Source of the DNA: an uncultured delta proteobacterium
GTDB lineage: Bacteria; Myxococcota_A; Polyangia; Fen-1088
Assembly (NCBI GenBank): GCA_963796685.1
Contig: CAWCMR010000025.1
Coordinates: forward strand, 1,408,001-1,472,000
Reading direction: 5' to 3'
Length of the DNA: 64,000 bases
Shown: positions 54,424-63,991 of the stretch, piece by piece
How positions within the stretch are numbered: the first letter of the stretch is position 1
Layout: the number at the start of each line of letters is the position of its first letter
Made by a program: the position numbers and the translations under genes
The notes under the pieces: generated by a model
Seen by the model: the letters and a program-made list of their open reading frames with translations, nothing else
The model's database searches: none
Told to the model about the DNA's origin: nothing

Positions 54424-55344
54424 CTACTCGCGGCGAAAGGACGTGGCGAACGCGGGCTTGGTAATCTCGTGACCCACGACCAGCCGACCCGGGCCGGCCC
54501 AAAACACTTGCATCGAAGGATCTGTTGCATCGGGTGGTAGCGGCCAGACGTTGTCACCATGGGGATTGTCGAACTCGACCAACACCACCAGCTTCGGCTG
54601 GGCTCCGCCTTCGATGAGGGCCAGGCTCCTGCCGTCCGAGGACCACGCCGGCGTGCCCTGGATTCTGGTGACGCCGGTCCGCGGGTAAACCTGGGCCCCG
54701 TCGGCGCCGAGCCATTCCCGACCGGGAGCGCCACCCACCCAGGCGACGTGAGCCCCGGTGGGCGAGAAGGCGAAGCTGCGGCCCTCGCAAACCATGGGTG
54801 CGGCGATCGGCGTGAGCGGCTGGATCACATAGACCACGGCGGGGGCAGGCGGCGTCTTCTTCTTGCCGTGCCGTCTCGGCCCGGTCGCGTGCTTGTCGAG
54901 AGCAGGCGTCGGCGGCGTAATCCGGTAGACCAGACGAGATTCGTCAAGAAGGCGTAGATCCTCGACCACGCCGGGGCGTGCGGCGGCGACCTCGGCGCTC
55001 GGCTCGCCCGAGGCACGGAAGACCGTGAGTCGATAGGGGGCGCCGTTTCCCGCCCCCTCCTTGGGCGAGATGGCCACCGCGTAGCTGGTTCGACCTGGGC
55101 TCCACTTGAGCTGAGCGAGCTCGACGCCCAGCCTCGCAGCCACGGCCTCCGGCGATTCCACGACCTTCGTCTCTCGCCTGGGCGGAGGTGCCTTGGGCGG
55201 CCTGGTGGCGGGGAGTGGTGAGCGCAGGTTGTCGTGGGACCGGTTGTCGGGATTGGACGCGCACGCCAGCGTGGCGGTGACGACCGCCGTCACCAACGCG
55301 ATCTCGGCATGGTGCAAGGACGGCCTCCGGCTCTGGTACTTCAT
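54424..55344 (-). CDS. lipoprotein with TolB-like/beta-propeller repeats
   Basis: Lipobox TLAC; WSPG, FSPTG, WSSDG blade motifs. Confidence 0.7.
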   Translation of the reverse strand: MKYQSRRPSLHHAEIALVTAVVTATLACASNPDNRSHDNLRSPLPATRPPKAPPPRRETKVVESPEAVAARLGVELAQLKWSPGRTSYAVAISPKEGAGNGAPYRLTVFRASGEPSAEVAAARPGVVEDLRLLDESRLVYRITPPTPALDKHATGPRRHGKKKTPPAPAVVYVIQPLTPIAAPMVCEGRSFAFSPTGAHVAWVGGAPGREWLGADGAQVYPRTGVTRIQGTPAWSSDGRSLALIEGGAQPKLVVLVEFDNPHGDNVWPLPPDATDPSMQVFWAGPGRLVVGHEITKPAFATSFRRE

Positions 55345-55409
55345 CGGAAGATGCTCCCGGCGCGAACGCCGAAAGTCAACCTGCGCGCGCGTCGCCGCGC
55401 GAGGGCTGG

Positions 55410-56553
55410 TTACTTGGCGACCGCGTGCACCGGCGGCGGCGTGATGCGATCCGCTCGGTAGACGCCGGTGCTGGGAGCGCACAGCGGATCCTTGCACTCC
55501 GGCAGGGGCGCGCGCAGACTGCCGCCGTTGAGCAAGGCCACATCGCCGGGGCGGGCCGCGCGCATCAGATCGGCAAGCAGGTTGCCGAGAGCATTTTCCT
55601 GATTGCGCCGGTTCGGAAGTGGTCGCAGCACCTCGACGTTCAAGGACTCCGCGCCCTTGCTCTCCACGGCCGCGAAGGCGGCAGCGTTCAGTCGCGCCAA
55701 CTCGTCGCTCGCGTGGACCGGGCTTCCCTCGTAGTCGCCTGGACGGCACGATTCGCCCCGGCCCACCTGACAGAGGTCGTGCGGCTTGTCGATGTGAGAA
55801 GCCACGAGCTTGCCCGACTTGCGCTCGACGGTCAGATCCACGCGGCCGAAAGCGCGGCCGTTGGCGTAGGACTCGATGATGGGCACCCCGGCCACCCGCT
55901 GCGTGATGGCCTGGTGGGTGTGTCCGGCCACGATGGCGTCCACGCTGCCTTTGGGCAACTCCCGCGCAACGGCGAAGATCGCGCTCTTGGCGTCGCAGGA
56001 ATCGAGTCTCGCCGGATCCGAGAAATCGCCGCACGCGCCGCCTTCGTGAACCACGGCGATGACGATCTTGGCGCCTCGGGCGCGCAGGCCGCGCGCCTCG
56101 CGGGCGAGGGTCTTGGCCAGGGGCAGGAATTCCAGCCCTGCCACGTTGGCCGGCAGGGTCGTGCGGGGCGTGGCGAGGGTGACCGCGCCGACGAGCCCGA
56201 TCTTGACACCCGCGGCATCGACGATGGCGGAAGGCTCGACGCCCGGCCAGGCCACCGGCTTGCCCGTCTTCGCGTCGATGACGTTCGCCGCCAGCAAAGG
56301 AAAACGGGCCTCGGCGGCGCGGGCCTTGAGCGCGCCACGGGGATCGTCGCCGGGCTTCACCGGCGCGGGCGCGGGTCCGACCGGCCCGAAGTCGAATTCG
56401 TGGTTGCCGATGGCGGCAGCGGTGTACCCCAGGGCATTGTAGTCGCGCACGACAGGCGCGCCCTCCGCCAGGTTCGATTCGAGGGTGCCCTGAAACATGT
56501 CGCCCGCGTCGAGCAAGGCCACCGCGCCGCCATCGCGTTCGCGCGTCCTGCGG
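55410..56553 (-). pseudogene. truncated duplicate of the 5'-nucleotidase gene
   Basis: 55499-~56535 nearly identical to 59624-~60660; lacks signal peptide, DLHG motif and most of the C-terminal domain. Confidence 0.85.
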
Positions 56554-56924
56554 CGCGTGTTCTCAGGGCGCGCGCAATGAGCGACATGCTTTCCCACTGG
56601 CGACCGTGAGCGCACCCCAGCCTGGAGGCACAACCTTCGCCGCGCGTTTTTCGCTCAAACCCGGCCTTGAGGCCGAGCCACCCAATGTGGATAGGGGCGC
56701 GCGAGCGCTTCGTCTCTGCCAACGACAGCAACATCGGCGCCATCAGGCAGCTGTTCCCGCGCGACCGCGCCCACCAAGACCTGCACTTCGATGAAATCTC
56801 CACCAGCCACGCGGCGAACAACGGCGGAGGAGGGGACACACCAACCCCACCCACGCCCGCCACCGACACCACCAAAGTGGAAAGGGGAGATGGGCGGACC
56901 CAGGAGGCATTTCCCGCGCGGGAA

Positions 56925-57125
56925 GGGACCGGGCGTGTCGGGCGTGTGGTGGTGGACCAATTGCTGGCCGCGGGTGTGCCGGTGCGCGCGCTTACGCGCC
57001 GACCGACCGAGGCAGGGCTGCCGCCAGCGGTCGAGGTCGTGTCGGGCGACCTGACCGTGCCCGAATCGCTAGAAGTTGTGCTGGAAGGCGTAGGTGCGGT
57101 GTTCCTGGTCTGGACCGCTCCGACG
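56925..57125 (+). pseudogene. NmrA/NAD(P)H-binding Rossmann protein fragment
   Basis: GTGRVGRVVVDQLLAAGVPVRALTR...VVSGDLTVPESL...AVFLVW with no proper start and no C-terminal domain. Confidence 0.75.
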
Positions 57126-57709
57126 ACGACTGCCGAGGGGTGGCGCAGCTCGCGCGCCTGCCGGTATGGAGGAAAAATCCCATCTCGGTGACCGATAGGG
57201 GCGCGGTGATCTGGACGCCGGGATGACCGCGCAGGGGAACCGGGCGACGGCGCAACTCGGGGCCGGCGGGCGCCAGGCCGGCGACAGAGGCGGCGGCCAG
57301 TTGGGCGAGCGCGGGTTCGCGCTCGGCGAAGCCGTCTTCGAGTACGGTCAGTTCAGAGCCGGCCTCGATGCCCCCGCGACCATGGCGCGACCACCGTCCC
57401 CGACAACGCCGCGGGCGGGGTCGACTTGCTGTCGACCCCGTCCCCGCACGCCATGAAGGCTCCGGACATCAGCACCACCCAGACGGCAAACACACTTCGG
57501 ACATTCCTGTTCATGAGCGTTGGCCTTTCGTGAATCGAGACGACGAGCGCTTCGTTGGGCTCTCGACTAGGTGGATGCGCTCGCGTCAAAACCATCCGCA
57601 TCTCGCGACGCTGGACGTCAGCGGGCCCGCGATGCCTTCACGCGGTCTTCGCTCCGAACCCTGGCTGGCACCGCCTCGCCAGCCTTGCGAAGATCGGCGA
57701 GAAGGGTCT

Positions 57710-58063
57710 CTACCAATCCGACGCGCCGCTGTCTGCGATTCCCCCTGAGCGTCGGCGCGCTGCCGGCGGTGGGTTGCGGCTCGTCGGCGCCGGCGCCGCT
57801 GATGGGGTCAGCGCCATCAGCGCCAGGGCCCGGCGCAAGGCCGCGCCGAAGCGCTGGAACCCCAGCTCGGCGACCGCGGCCAGCAGCGCGGTCTTGTCGG
57901 CGAAGTGCCGGTAGGGCGCGCGCGGCGAGACGCCGACGGCGCGCGCCACCGCGCGCAGGCTGAGCGCCGCCGGCCCGCGCCGGGCCACCGCTCGCGCCCC
58001 TTCGTCCAGGCAGGCCCGCCGGAGATCGCCATGGTGGTAGGCGCGGCGAGCTCGCTTCGGCAC
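57710..58063 (-). pseudogene. TetR-family regulator, C-terminally truncated
   Basis: YHHGDLR, LSLRAVARAVGVS..APYRHFADK HTH; turns into low-complexity sequence after about 80 aa. Confidence 0.75.
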
Positions 58064-58070
58064 CCAAAGA

Positions 58071-58085
58071 GTATACACTGTATGC
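58071..58085. promoter_or_regulatory. putative TetR operator
   Basis: Imperfect palindrome GTATACA-C-TGTATGC in the short divergent intergenic region. Confidence 0.5.
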
Positions 58086-58117
58086 ACTTCGGAGCTCGAA
58101 TCGAGGGGAGGCCTTCC

Positions 58118-58576
58118 ATGTACCACTTCTTCGTCCGCCGCCGGGTCGCCGCCATCCTCCGGCACATTAACGGGGGCGACTTCGACTTCGTGGTCCGCCA
58201 GTTCGCCCCCGACGCCGAGCACTGGTTCTCGGGGCGGCACGCCCTGGGCGGCCGGCGCACGCGGCCCGAAGAGATCGCGGCCTGGTACCGGCGGCTGGCG
58301 GCGGTCTTTCCCACCATCCGCTTCCAGCCGATCGCGATCATCGTCAGCGGCCCGCCGTGGCGCACCCGGGTCGTGATCGAGTGGACCGACACCTTCCCGG
58401 CCGGGGTCGACCTCGGCGTGAATCAGGGCGTCTTCGTGCTGACGCTGCGCTGGGGGCGCGCCGTGGCGCTGCACGTCTATTGCGACACCGACGAGCTCAA
58501 GCAGAACCTGGGGCGCCTGGCCGCCCGCGGCCTCGCCGACGCCGCCGCCCCGCCCATCGGGATCGCCCCCGGGTGA
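58118..58576 (+). CDS. SnoaL-like / NTF2-family protein
   Basis: FSGRHALGG, SGPPW, VIEW, NQGVFVL, VYCDT; RBS GGAGG. Confidence 0.8.
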   Translation: MYHFFVRRRVAAILRHINGGDFDFVVRQFAPDAEHWFSGRHALGGRRTRPEEIAAWYRRLAAVFPTIRFQPIAIIVSGPPWRTRVVIEWTDTFPAGVDLGVNQGVFVLTLRWGRAVALHVYCDTDELKQNLGRLAARGLADAAAPPIGIAPG

Positions 58577-58700
58577 AGATCGCGCGCCGGTCGATCGCCG
58601 GCGGTCCGGGCGGTCGGCGCGCACTTTAGGGCAGATTCCTCATACCCGCGGGCGAGCCCGGCCCAACCATCAGACGGGTGGGGACGAGCGAGGATCGGCC

Positions 58701-58837
58701 GTGAAGATGCTGCTCTGCCATCCGAGCGGCCTGGTGTACACGGAGATCTTTCTCCGTCTCGAGCCGCTGGGGCTGGAGCTGGTGGCCGAGGCCACGCGCC
58801 GCGCCGGGCACTAGGTGCGGATCCTCGATCTGCACGC
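58701..58837 (+). pseudogene. N-terminal fragment of B12-binding radical SAM protein (HpnR-like)
   Basis: VKMLLCHPSGLVYTEIFLRLEPLGLELVAEATRRAGH*VRILDL with in-frame TAG at 58812; family assignment from recalled similarity. Confidence 0.6.
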
Positions 58838-58957
58838 GTGCAGGGCCTACAAGGCCCGAAATCCCGCCGCGTCAAATGTCCCAGTCTGAGTGTTCCGTCA
58901 ACTCCCCGCGCTCCTCGGCGCCCCGTTCGCCCCCGTTTTCACGGCCAGTCGATCCCG

Positions 58958-59068
58958 AAAGCACGCCGGGGTGAGTTGCGTTGCCACCTGCCGATTGGCT
59001 TCGTCTACGACGGAGGCGGGCACGTCGTAATCGACCCGGACAAGCAAGTGCAAGAAAGTGTGCGACTG
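58958..59068 (+). pseudogene. large serine recombinase internal fragment
   Basis: KARRGELRCHLPIGFVYD...VVIDPDKQVQESVRL, the start of the recombinase domain. Confidence 0.65.
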
Positions 59069-59146
59069 CAGCGGGTCCATGTCGACGGCATAGGTGCCAT
59101 CACGATAGGGTTTGCGCAGCTCGATGCGGACCAGGCCAACGGGCAG
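59069..59146 (-). pseudogene. IS91-like (Y2) transposase internal fragment
   Basis: LPVGLVRIELRKPYRDGTYAVDMDPL resembles the LKxx(W/Y)xDGT...DPL segment of these transposases; recalled similarity only. Confidence 0.5.
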
Positions 59147-59174
59147 GCCGCTCGGGAAGTGAGGCAGCCCGCGG

Positions 59175-60833
59175 CTACTGGCCGCACCGGATCGGCACTT
59201 CGCCAGGTAAGGTGAAGCGTGGGTGCGCGGGATCGAACAGCGCACGATCGTCCGGGTCCAGCACGCCGCCACGCCGGCGCAAGCCTTCGGCCATGGCGTC
59301 GCGAACCGGCGGCCCAATCTCGTAGTCGATCTTGGCGCCGGCGAAGAATCCGTCGCCGCCGGTGGCCAGGAAATCCGTCGTGGTGACGGCCAGGACTTCC
59401 TCGTCCCGTACCCTCGAGCCGTCCGCTCGCACGAGCGTCACCTCCACCTCGCCGTGCTCGCATCGAGCAAGCACGTGCAGGCCAGAAAGCGCGACCAGCG
59501 AGCCGGAGTGGCCGAGGCTGCGGGCGAGCAGACGGCGGAACTCGTTGGCCGGCATGTGCAGCGACGCGAAGGCGTTGTCGAAGGGGAAGGTCTCGTAGAG
59601 CCGGCCGTAGGTGAGCGGCCCGGCCGGCAGGGGCGCGCGCAAACTGCCGCCGTTGAGCAAGGCCACATCGCCGGGGCAGGCCGCGCGCATCAGATCGGCA
59701 AGCAGGTTGCCGAGAGCATTTTCCTGATTGCGCCGGTTCGGAAGTGGTCGCAGCACCTCGACGTTCAAGGACTCCGCGCCCTTGCTCTCCACGGCCGCGA
59801 AGGCGGCAGCGTTCAGTCGCGCCAACTCGTCGCTCGCGTGGACCGGGCTTCCCTCGTAGTCGCCTGGACGGCACGATTCGCCCCGGCCCACCTGACAGAG
59901 GTCGTGCGGCTTGTCGATGTGAGAAGACACGAGCTTGCCCGACTTGCGCTCGACGGTCAGATCCACGCGGCCGAAAGCGCGGCCGTTGGCGTAGGACTCG
60001 ATGATGGGCACCCCGGCCACCCGCTGCGCGATGGCCTGGTGGGTGTGTCCGGCCACGATGGCGTCCACGCTGCCTTTGGGTAACTCCCGCGCAACGGCGA
60101 AGATCGCGCTCTTGGCGTCGCAGGAATCGAGTCTCGCCGGATCCGAGAAATCGCCGCACGCGCCGCCTTCGTGAACCACGGCGATGACGATCTTGGCGCC
60201 TCGGGCGCGCAGGCCGCGCGCCTCGCGGGCGAGGGTCTTGGCCAGGGGCAGGAATTCCAGCCCTGCCACGTTGGCCGGCAGGGTCGTGCGGGGCGTGGCG
60301 AGGGTGACCGCGCCGACGAGCCCGATCTTGACACCCGCGGCATCGACGATGGCGGAAGGCTCGACGCCCGGCCAGGCCACCGGCTTGCCCGTCTTCGCGT
60401 CGATGACGTTCGCCGCCAGCAAAGGAAAACGGGCCTCGGCGGCGCGGGCCTTGAGCGCGCCGCGGGGATCGTCGCCGGGCTTCACCGGCGCGGGCGCGGG
60501 TCCGACCGGCCCGAAGTCGAATTCGTGGTTGCCAATGGCGGCGGCGGTGTAACCCAGGGCATTGTAGTCACGCACGACGGGCGCGCCCTCCGCCAGGTTC
60601 GATTCGAGGGTGCCCTGAAACATGTCGCCCGCGTCGAGCAAGACCACCGCGCCGCCGTCGTGTACGCGCGCCTTGCGCAGGTTTTCCAGGTAGCCCCCGA
60701 GCCACGGCAAAGCAGCAATGTGCCCGTGCAAGTCGCTCGTGCCCACCACCGAGATGGTCACCTGCGACGGCGGCGCCGCATGCGCGGACGAGGCCACCGC
60801 CAGCAAAGCGAAGATCGAAACGAGGGCGCGCAT
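59175..60833 (-). CDS. exported bifunctional metallophosphatase / 5'-nucleotidase
   Basis: Signal peptide; SDLHG, DAGDMFQG, GNHEFD, GHTH, NGGSLR, PFDN, FLATGGDG. Confidence 0.92.
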   Translation of the reverse strand: MRALVSIFALLAVASSAHAAPPSQVTISVVGTSDLHGHIAALPWLGGYLENLRKARVHDGGAVVLLDAGDMFQGTLESNLAEGAPVVRDYNALGYTAAAIGNHEFDFGPVGPAPAPVKPGDDPRGALKARAAEARFPLLAANVIDAKTGKPVAWPGVEPSAIVDAAGVKIGLVGAVTLATPRTTLPANVAGLEFLPLAKTLAREARGLRARGAKIVIAVVHEGGACGDFSDPARLDSCDAKSAIFAVARELPKGSVDAIVAGHTHQAIAQRVAGVPIIESYANGRAFGRVDLTVERKSGKLVSSHIDKPHDLCQVGRGESCRPGDYEGSPVHASDELARLNAAAFAAVESKGAESLNVEVLRPLPNRRNQENALGNLLADLMRAACPGDVALLNGGSLRAPLPAGPLTYGRLYETFPFDNAFASLHMPANEFRRLLARSLGHSGSLVALSGLHVLARCEHGEVEVTLVRADGSRVRDEEVLAVTTTDFLATGGDGFFAGAKIDYEIGPPVRDAMAEGLRRRGGVLDPDDRALFDPAHPRFTLPGEVPIRCGQ

Positions 60834-60955
60834 GCGAGGCGAAGTATGACGCTTCGGCTACGCTGGATCCTGAATTTCACTCTGTGGTGAACCTCCCCAT
60901 CCCTCGCCGCTGAAATCGGCGAATTCCAGCCGAGTCGTGCTAGGTTTGCCCAACT

Positions 60956-61828
60956 ATGTTCAAAGGAGTCATTACCGCGCTGGTCACGCCCTTGCGCAAC
61001 GATCGCGTGGACGAAGAGGCCTTGCGCCGCTTGGTCGACGAGCAGATCCGCGCCGGCATCGACGGATTGGTTCCCGTGGGAACCACCGGCGAATCCCCCA
61101 CCTTGAGCAACGAGGAGCACATCCGAGTCATCGAGGTGGTGGTGCAAGAGGCGAAGAAGCGCGTGCCCGTGCTCGCCGGTACCGGCGCCAACGCGACCCG
61201 CGAGGCCATCGAGCTGACCGCTGCTGCCAAGGCGGTGGGTGCCGACGGCACCTTGCAGGTCACGCCCTACTACAACAAGCCTACGCAGGACGGGCTCTTT
61301 CGCCACTTCAAGGCCGTGATCGACGCCGTGGGCTTGCCCACGGTGGTGTACAACGTGCCCGGCCGCACGGGCTGCGATCTCCTGCCCGAGACCATCGCCC
61401 GGCTGTGCGAGCTGCCGCTCATGGTCGGCGTGAAAGAGGCCACCGGCAACTTGCAGCGCGCGGCGCAGATCATCGCCCGCGTGGGCGATCGCCTGACCAT
61501 GCTGTCGGGCGACGACGCCACGGCCATGCCCTTTTTCGCCCTCGGGGGCCACGGCTGCATTTCGGTCGTGTCCAACGTGGCGCCGGCCGATTTTTCGGCC
61601 ATGTGGGACGCGGCCGCTGCCGGAAATTGGAACAAGGCGCGCGAGCTGCACTACAAGCTCTTTCCGCTTTCCGAGGGTCTGTTCATCGAGGCCAACCCGA
61701 TCCCGGTCAAGGCCGCGCTGGCCATGATGGGCAAGATCACCGACGAGATCCGGCCTCCGCTCTATCCCATGACGGGCGCCAATCGCGAAAAAGTGCGCAA
61801 GATCCTCGCCGACCTCAAGCTCGTCTAG
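60956..61828 (+). CDS. dapA: 4-hydroxy-tetrahydrodipicolinate synthase
   Basis: GTTGE, PYYNKP, YNVPGRTG, Schiff-base K in VKEATG, SGDD, NPIPVK. Confidence 0.96.
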   Translation: MFKGVITALVTPLRNDRVDEEALRRLVDEQIRAGIDGLVPVGTTGESPTLSNEEHIRVIEVVVQEAKKRVPVLAGTGANATREAIELTAAAKAVGADGTLQVTPYYNKPTQDGLFRHFKAVIDAVGLPTVVYNVPGRTGCDLLPETIARLCELPLMVGVKEATGNLQRAAQIIARVGDRLTMLSGDDATAMPFFALGGHGCISVVSNVAPADFSAMWDAAAAGNWNKARELHYKLFPLSEGLFIEANPIPVKAALAMMGKITDEIRPPLYPMTGANREKVRKILADLKLV

Positions 61829-61836
61829 GGTTCACC

Positions 61837-62639
61837 ATGGCCGTACGAATCGCCGTCTTCGGAGCTGGTGGAAAAATGGGGCACGCCATCGTGCGCGCCA
61901 TGGCCGAGGCCGAGGGCGCTGTCCTGGCGGCGGCGGTTGAGCGCTCGGACTATCCCTACCTCGCGGGCGATGCCTCGCAATTGGCGGGCTTGGCCGCCTC
62001 CGGCGTGCGCGTGGTCGACCAGCGACCGGGCAAGGGCGCGGCAGAGGTGTGGATCGATTTTTCGACCCGTCCGCGGCCGTGCCCAACGCCCAGGCCGCCG
62101 CTGCCGCGGGCGCCGCCATCGTGATCGGCACGACCGGTGTTTCCGCCGCCGACAAAGAGACCATCGCCGCCATCGCCAAGACCATCCCGATCGTGCTCAC
62201 CCCCAACATGTCGATGGGCGTGAACGTGATGCTCAGGCTGGTGGCCGATGCCGCGCGCATGCTCGGCCAGGCCTACGACGTCGAGATCGTCGAGACCCAC
62301 CACCGCGCCAAGCGGGATGCTCCCTCGGGCACGGCCCTGCGCCTCGGCGAGGCGGTGGCCGAGGCGACGGGGCGGGAATTGGCCAAGGTGGCGCGCTACC
62401 ATCGCCATGGCGACGTCGGTCCGCGCACCCAGGCGGAAATCGGCATGCAAACCCTGCGCGGTGGCGACGTGTTCGGCGATCACACCGTGTTCTTTTTCGG
62501 CCAGGGCGACCGCCTAGAGATCACCCACCGGGCCTCTTCGCGCGACACCTTCGCCCGGGGCGCGGTTCGCGCGGCTCTGTGGCTGGCGGGAAAACCGGCC
62601 GGACTTTTCGACATGCGCGACGTGCTCGGACTAAAGTAG
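61837..62639 (+). CDS. dapB: 4-hydroxy-tetrahydrodipicolinate reductase, with one apparent -1 frameshift at about 62067
   Basis: GAGGKMG and IDFS in one frame; [32 protein letters not shown] in the other. Confidence 0.92.
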
Positions 62640-62655
62640 TCGGCAGCGAGGAACC

Positions 62656-63588
62656 ATGGACCGAAACGGCCCAGCTGCCGCTTCCGCACCCGGCGATGTC
62701 GAGCATCCCCGGTCCGCCATGCTCGACACCTATCCCGCGGAAGAAGTGGTCCGCCTTTGCCTCGACGAGGAAAACGCGGCCATCAAGGCGGCCAAGGCCT
62801 GCGCCGCGGAGATCGCCCAGGCCTCGCGCCTCCTCGCCGAACGCCTGGCCGCCGGCAGCCGGCTGGTCTACGTCGGCGCGGGCACCGCGGGCAGGGTGGC
62901 CGCGTTCGAGGCGGCCGAGTGCGTGCCGCTGTTCGGCCTGCCGCCATCGCTGGTGGTGTCCGTTCTGGCCGGTGGCCCGCACGCCCTGGCGCGCACGGTG
63001 GAAATCGCGCAGGACAACCGGCGCGAGGCCGAGCAGCGCATGCGCAAGGTCGCGGTGGGGCCGGGCGATGTCGTGTGCGCGGTCTCGGACCACGACGTCT
63101 CGCTCTTCTTGCGCGCGGCCATCGAATACGCCCGCTTTCGACGCGCCCACGTCGTGCTGGTGACCTGCACGTCGCCTCCCGTCGCCGACGACGGCGGAGC
63201 CCTGGCCGACGTCTTGATTCGGCTCGACCCCGGTCCCGAGGTCATCGCGGGTGCGACTCGCCTCAAGGCGGCCACGGCTATCAAATTGGCGCTCTCCGCC
63301 TTCTCGAGCGCCGCGTTCGTTCAACTTGGCAAGACCTACGGCGGTCTGATGGTCGACGTGCGTCCCACCACGCCGCGCACCTGGAAGCGCGCCATCTTGC
63401 TCGTGAGCCGTCTGTGCCGCCTGAGCGAGCCCGAGGCCGAAAAGCTGATCAAGAAAGCGGGCGGCAGAGCCAAAGTCGCCATCGTGATTCACCACGCCAG
63501 GGTCAACGCGGCGCGTGCAAAAGAGCTTCTGGTGCAGCACCGTGGCTCTTTGCGCGCTATCGTGGGCGATATCGATCTGACCGGCTAG
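62656..63588 (+). CDS. MurQ-like SIS-domain protein (divergent MurNAc-6-P etherase homologue)
   Basis: YVGAGTAGR, EC..FG, AGG, GPEVIAGATRLKA, GKTYGGLMVDV; several active-site motifs altered. Confidence 0.8.
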   Translation: MDRNGPAAASAPGDVEHPRSAMLDTYPAEEVVRLCLDEENAAIKAAKACAAEIAQASRLLAERLAAGSRLVYVGAGTAGRVAAFEAAECVPLFGLPPSLVVSVLAGGPHALARTVEIAQDNRREAEQRMRKVAVGPGDVVCAVSDHDVSLFLRAAIEYARFRRAHVVLVTCTSPPVADDGGALADVLIRLDPGPEVIAGATRLKAATAIKLALSAFSSAAFVQLGKTYGGLMVDVRPTTPRTWKRAILLVSRLCRLSEPEAEKLIKKAGGRAKVAIVIHHARVNAARAKELLVQHRGSLRAIVGDIDLTG

Positions 63589-63590
63589 AC

Positions 63591-63620
63591 TTGACCGTTG
63601 CTTGTAGAGCGCACTATCTT
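63591..63620 (+). promoter_or_regulatory. putative sigma70-type promoter for the HU/IHF gene
   Basis: TTGACC, 18-bp spacer, TATCTT; AAGGAG near 63686. Confidence 0.4.
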
Positions 63621-63703
63621 GCAGGCATCTGGCGCAGTACCCCAAACCAAATGGCGCCCTAGCGCGCTTCCATGAAACAAACGCAAAGGAGAATAGATAA
63701 CCG

Positions 63704-63991
63704 ATGAAGAAGTCCGATCTCGTGGATCTCGTGGCCCAGAAGCTCAACTTCCCCAGGCCGCAGGTCGAGCAAACCATTGAGTCGTTGCTAGACGCCGTCG
63801 CTGACGGGCTAGCCAAGGGAGAACGCGTCGACATCCGCGGGTTCGGGGCCTTCCAGATTCGGGAGTCTGCCGCGCGCAGTGGTCGCAACCCACGCACGGG
63901 TGAAACCATCCAAATCGCGGCTCGCAAGACGCCCACATTCAAGGTCGGCAAGGAATTGCGCGACAAAGTCAACGGCGTGGCCACCACTTAG
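63704..63991 (+). CDS. HU/IHF family DNA-binding protein
   Basis: MKKSDLV, IRGFGAF, GRNPRTGE, PTFKVGKEL. Confidence 0.93.
   Translation: MKKSDLVDLVAQKLNFPRPQVEQTIESLLDAVADGLAKGERVDIRGFGAFQIRESAARSGRNPRTGETIQIAARKTPTFKVGKELRDKVNGVATT

Noticed and set aside
58870-58905. Possible IS terminal sequence (TGTCCCAGTCTGAGTGTTCCGTCA)
   Set aside because: No partner inverted end or target duplication found in the window
56553-59175. Fragment mosaic as an integron cassette array or CRISPR-like memory array
   Set aside because: No recurring attC-like or direct repeat between fragments and no adjacent integrase/Cas; kept only as an unexplained mosaic
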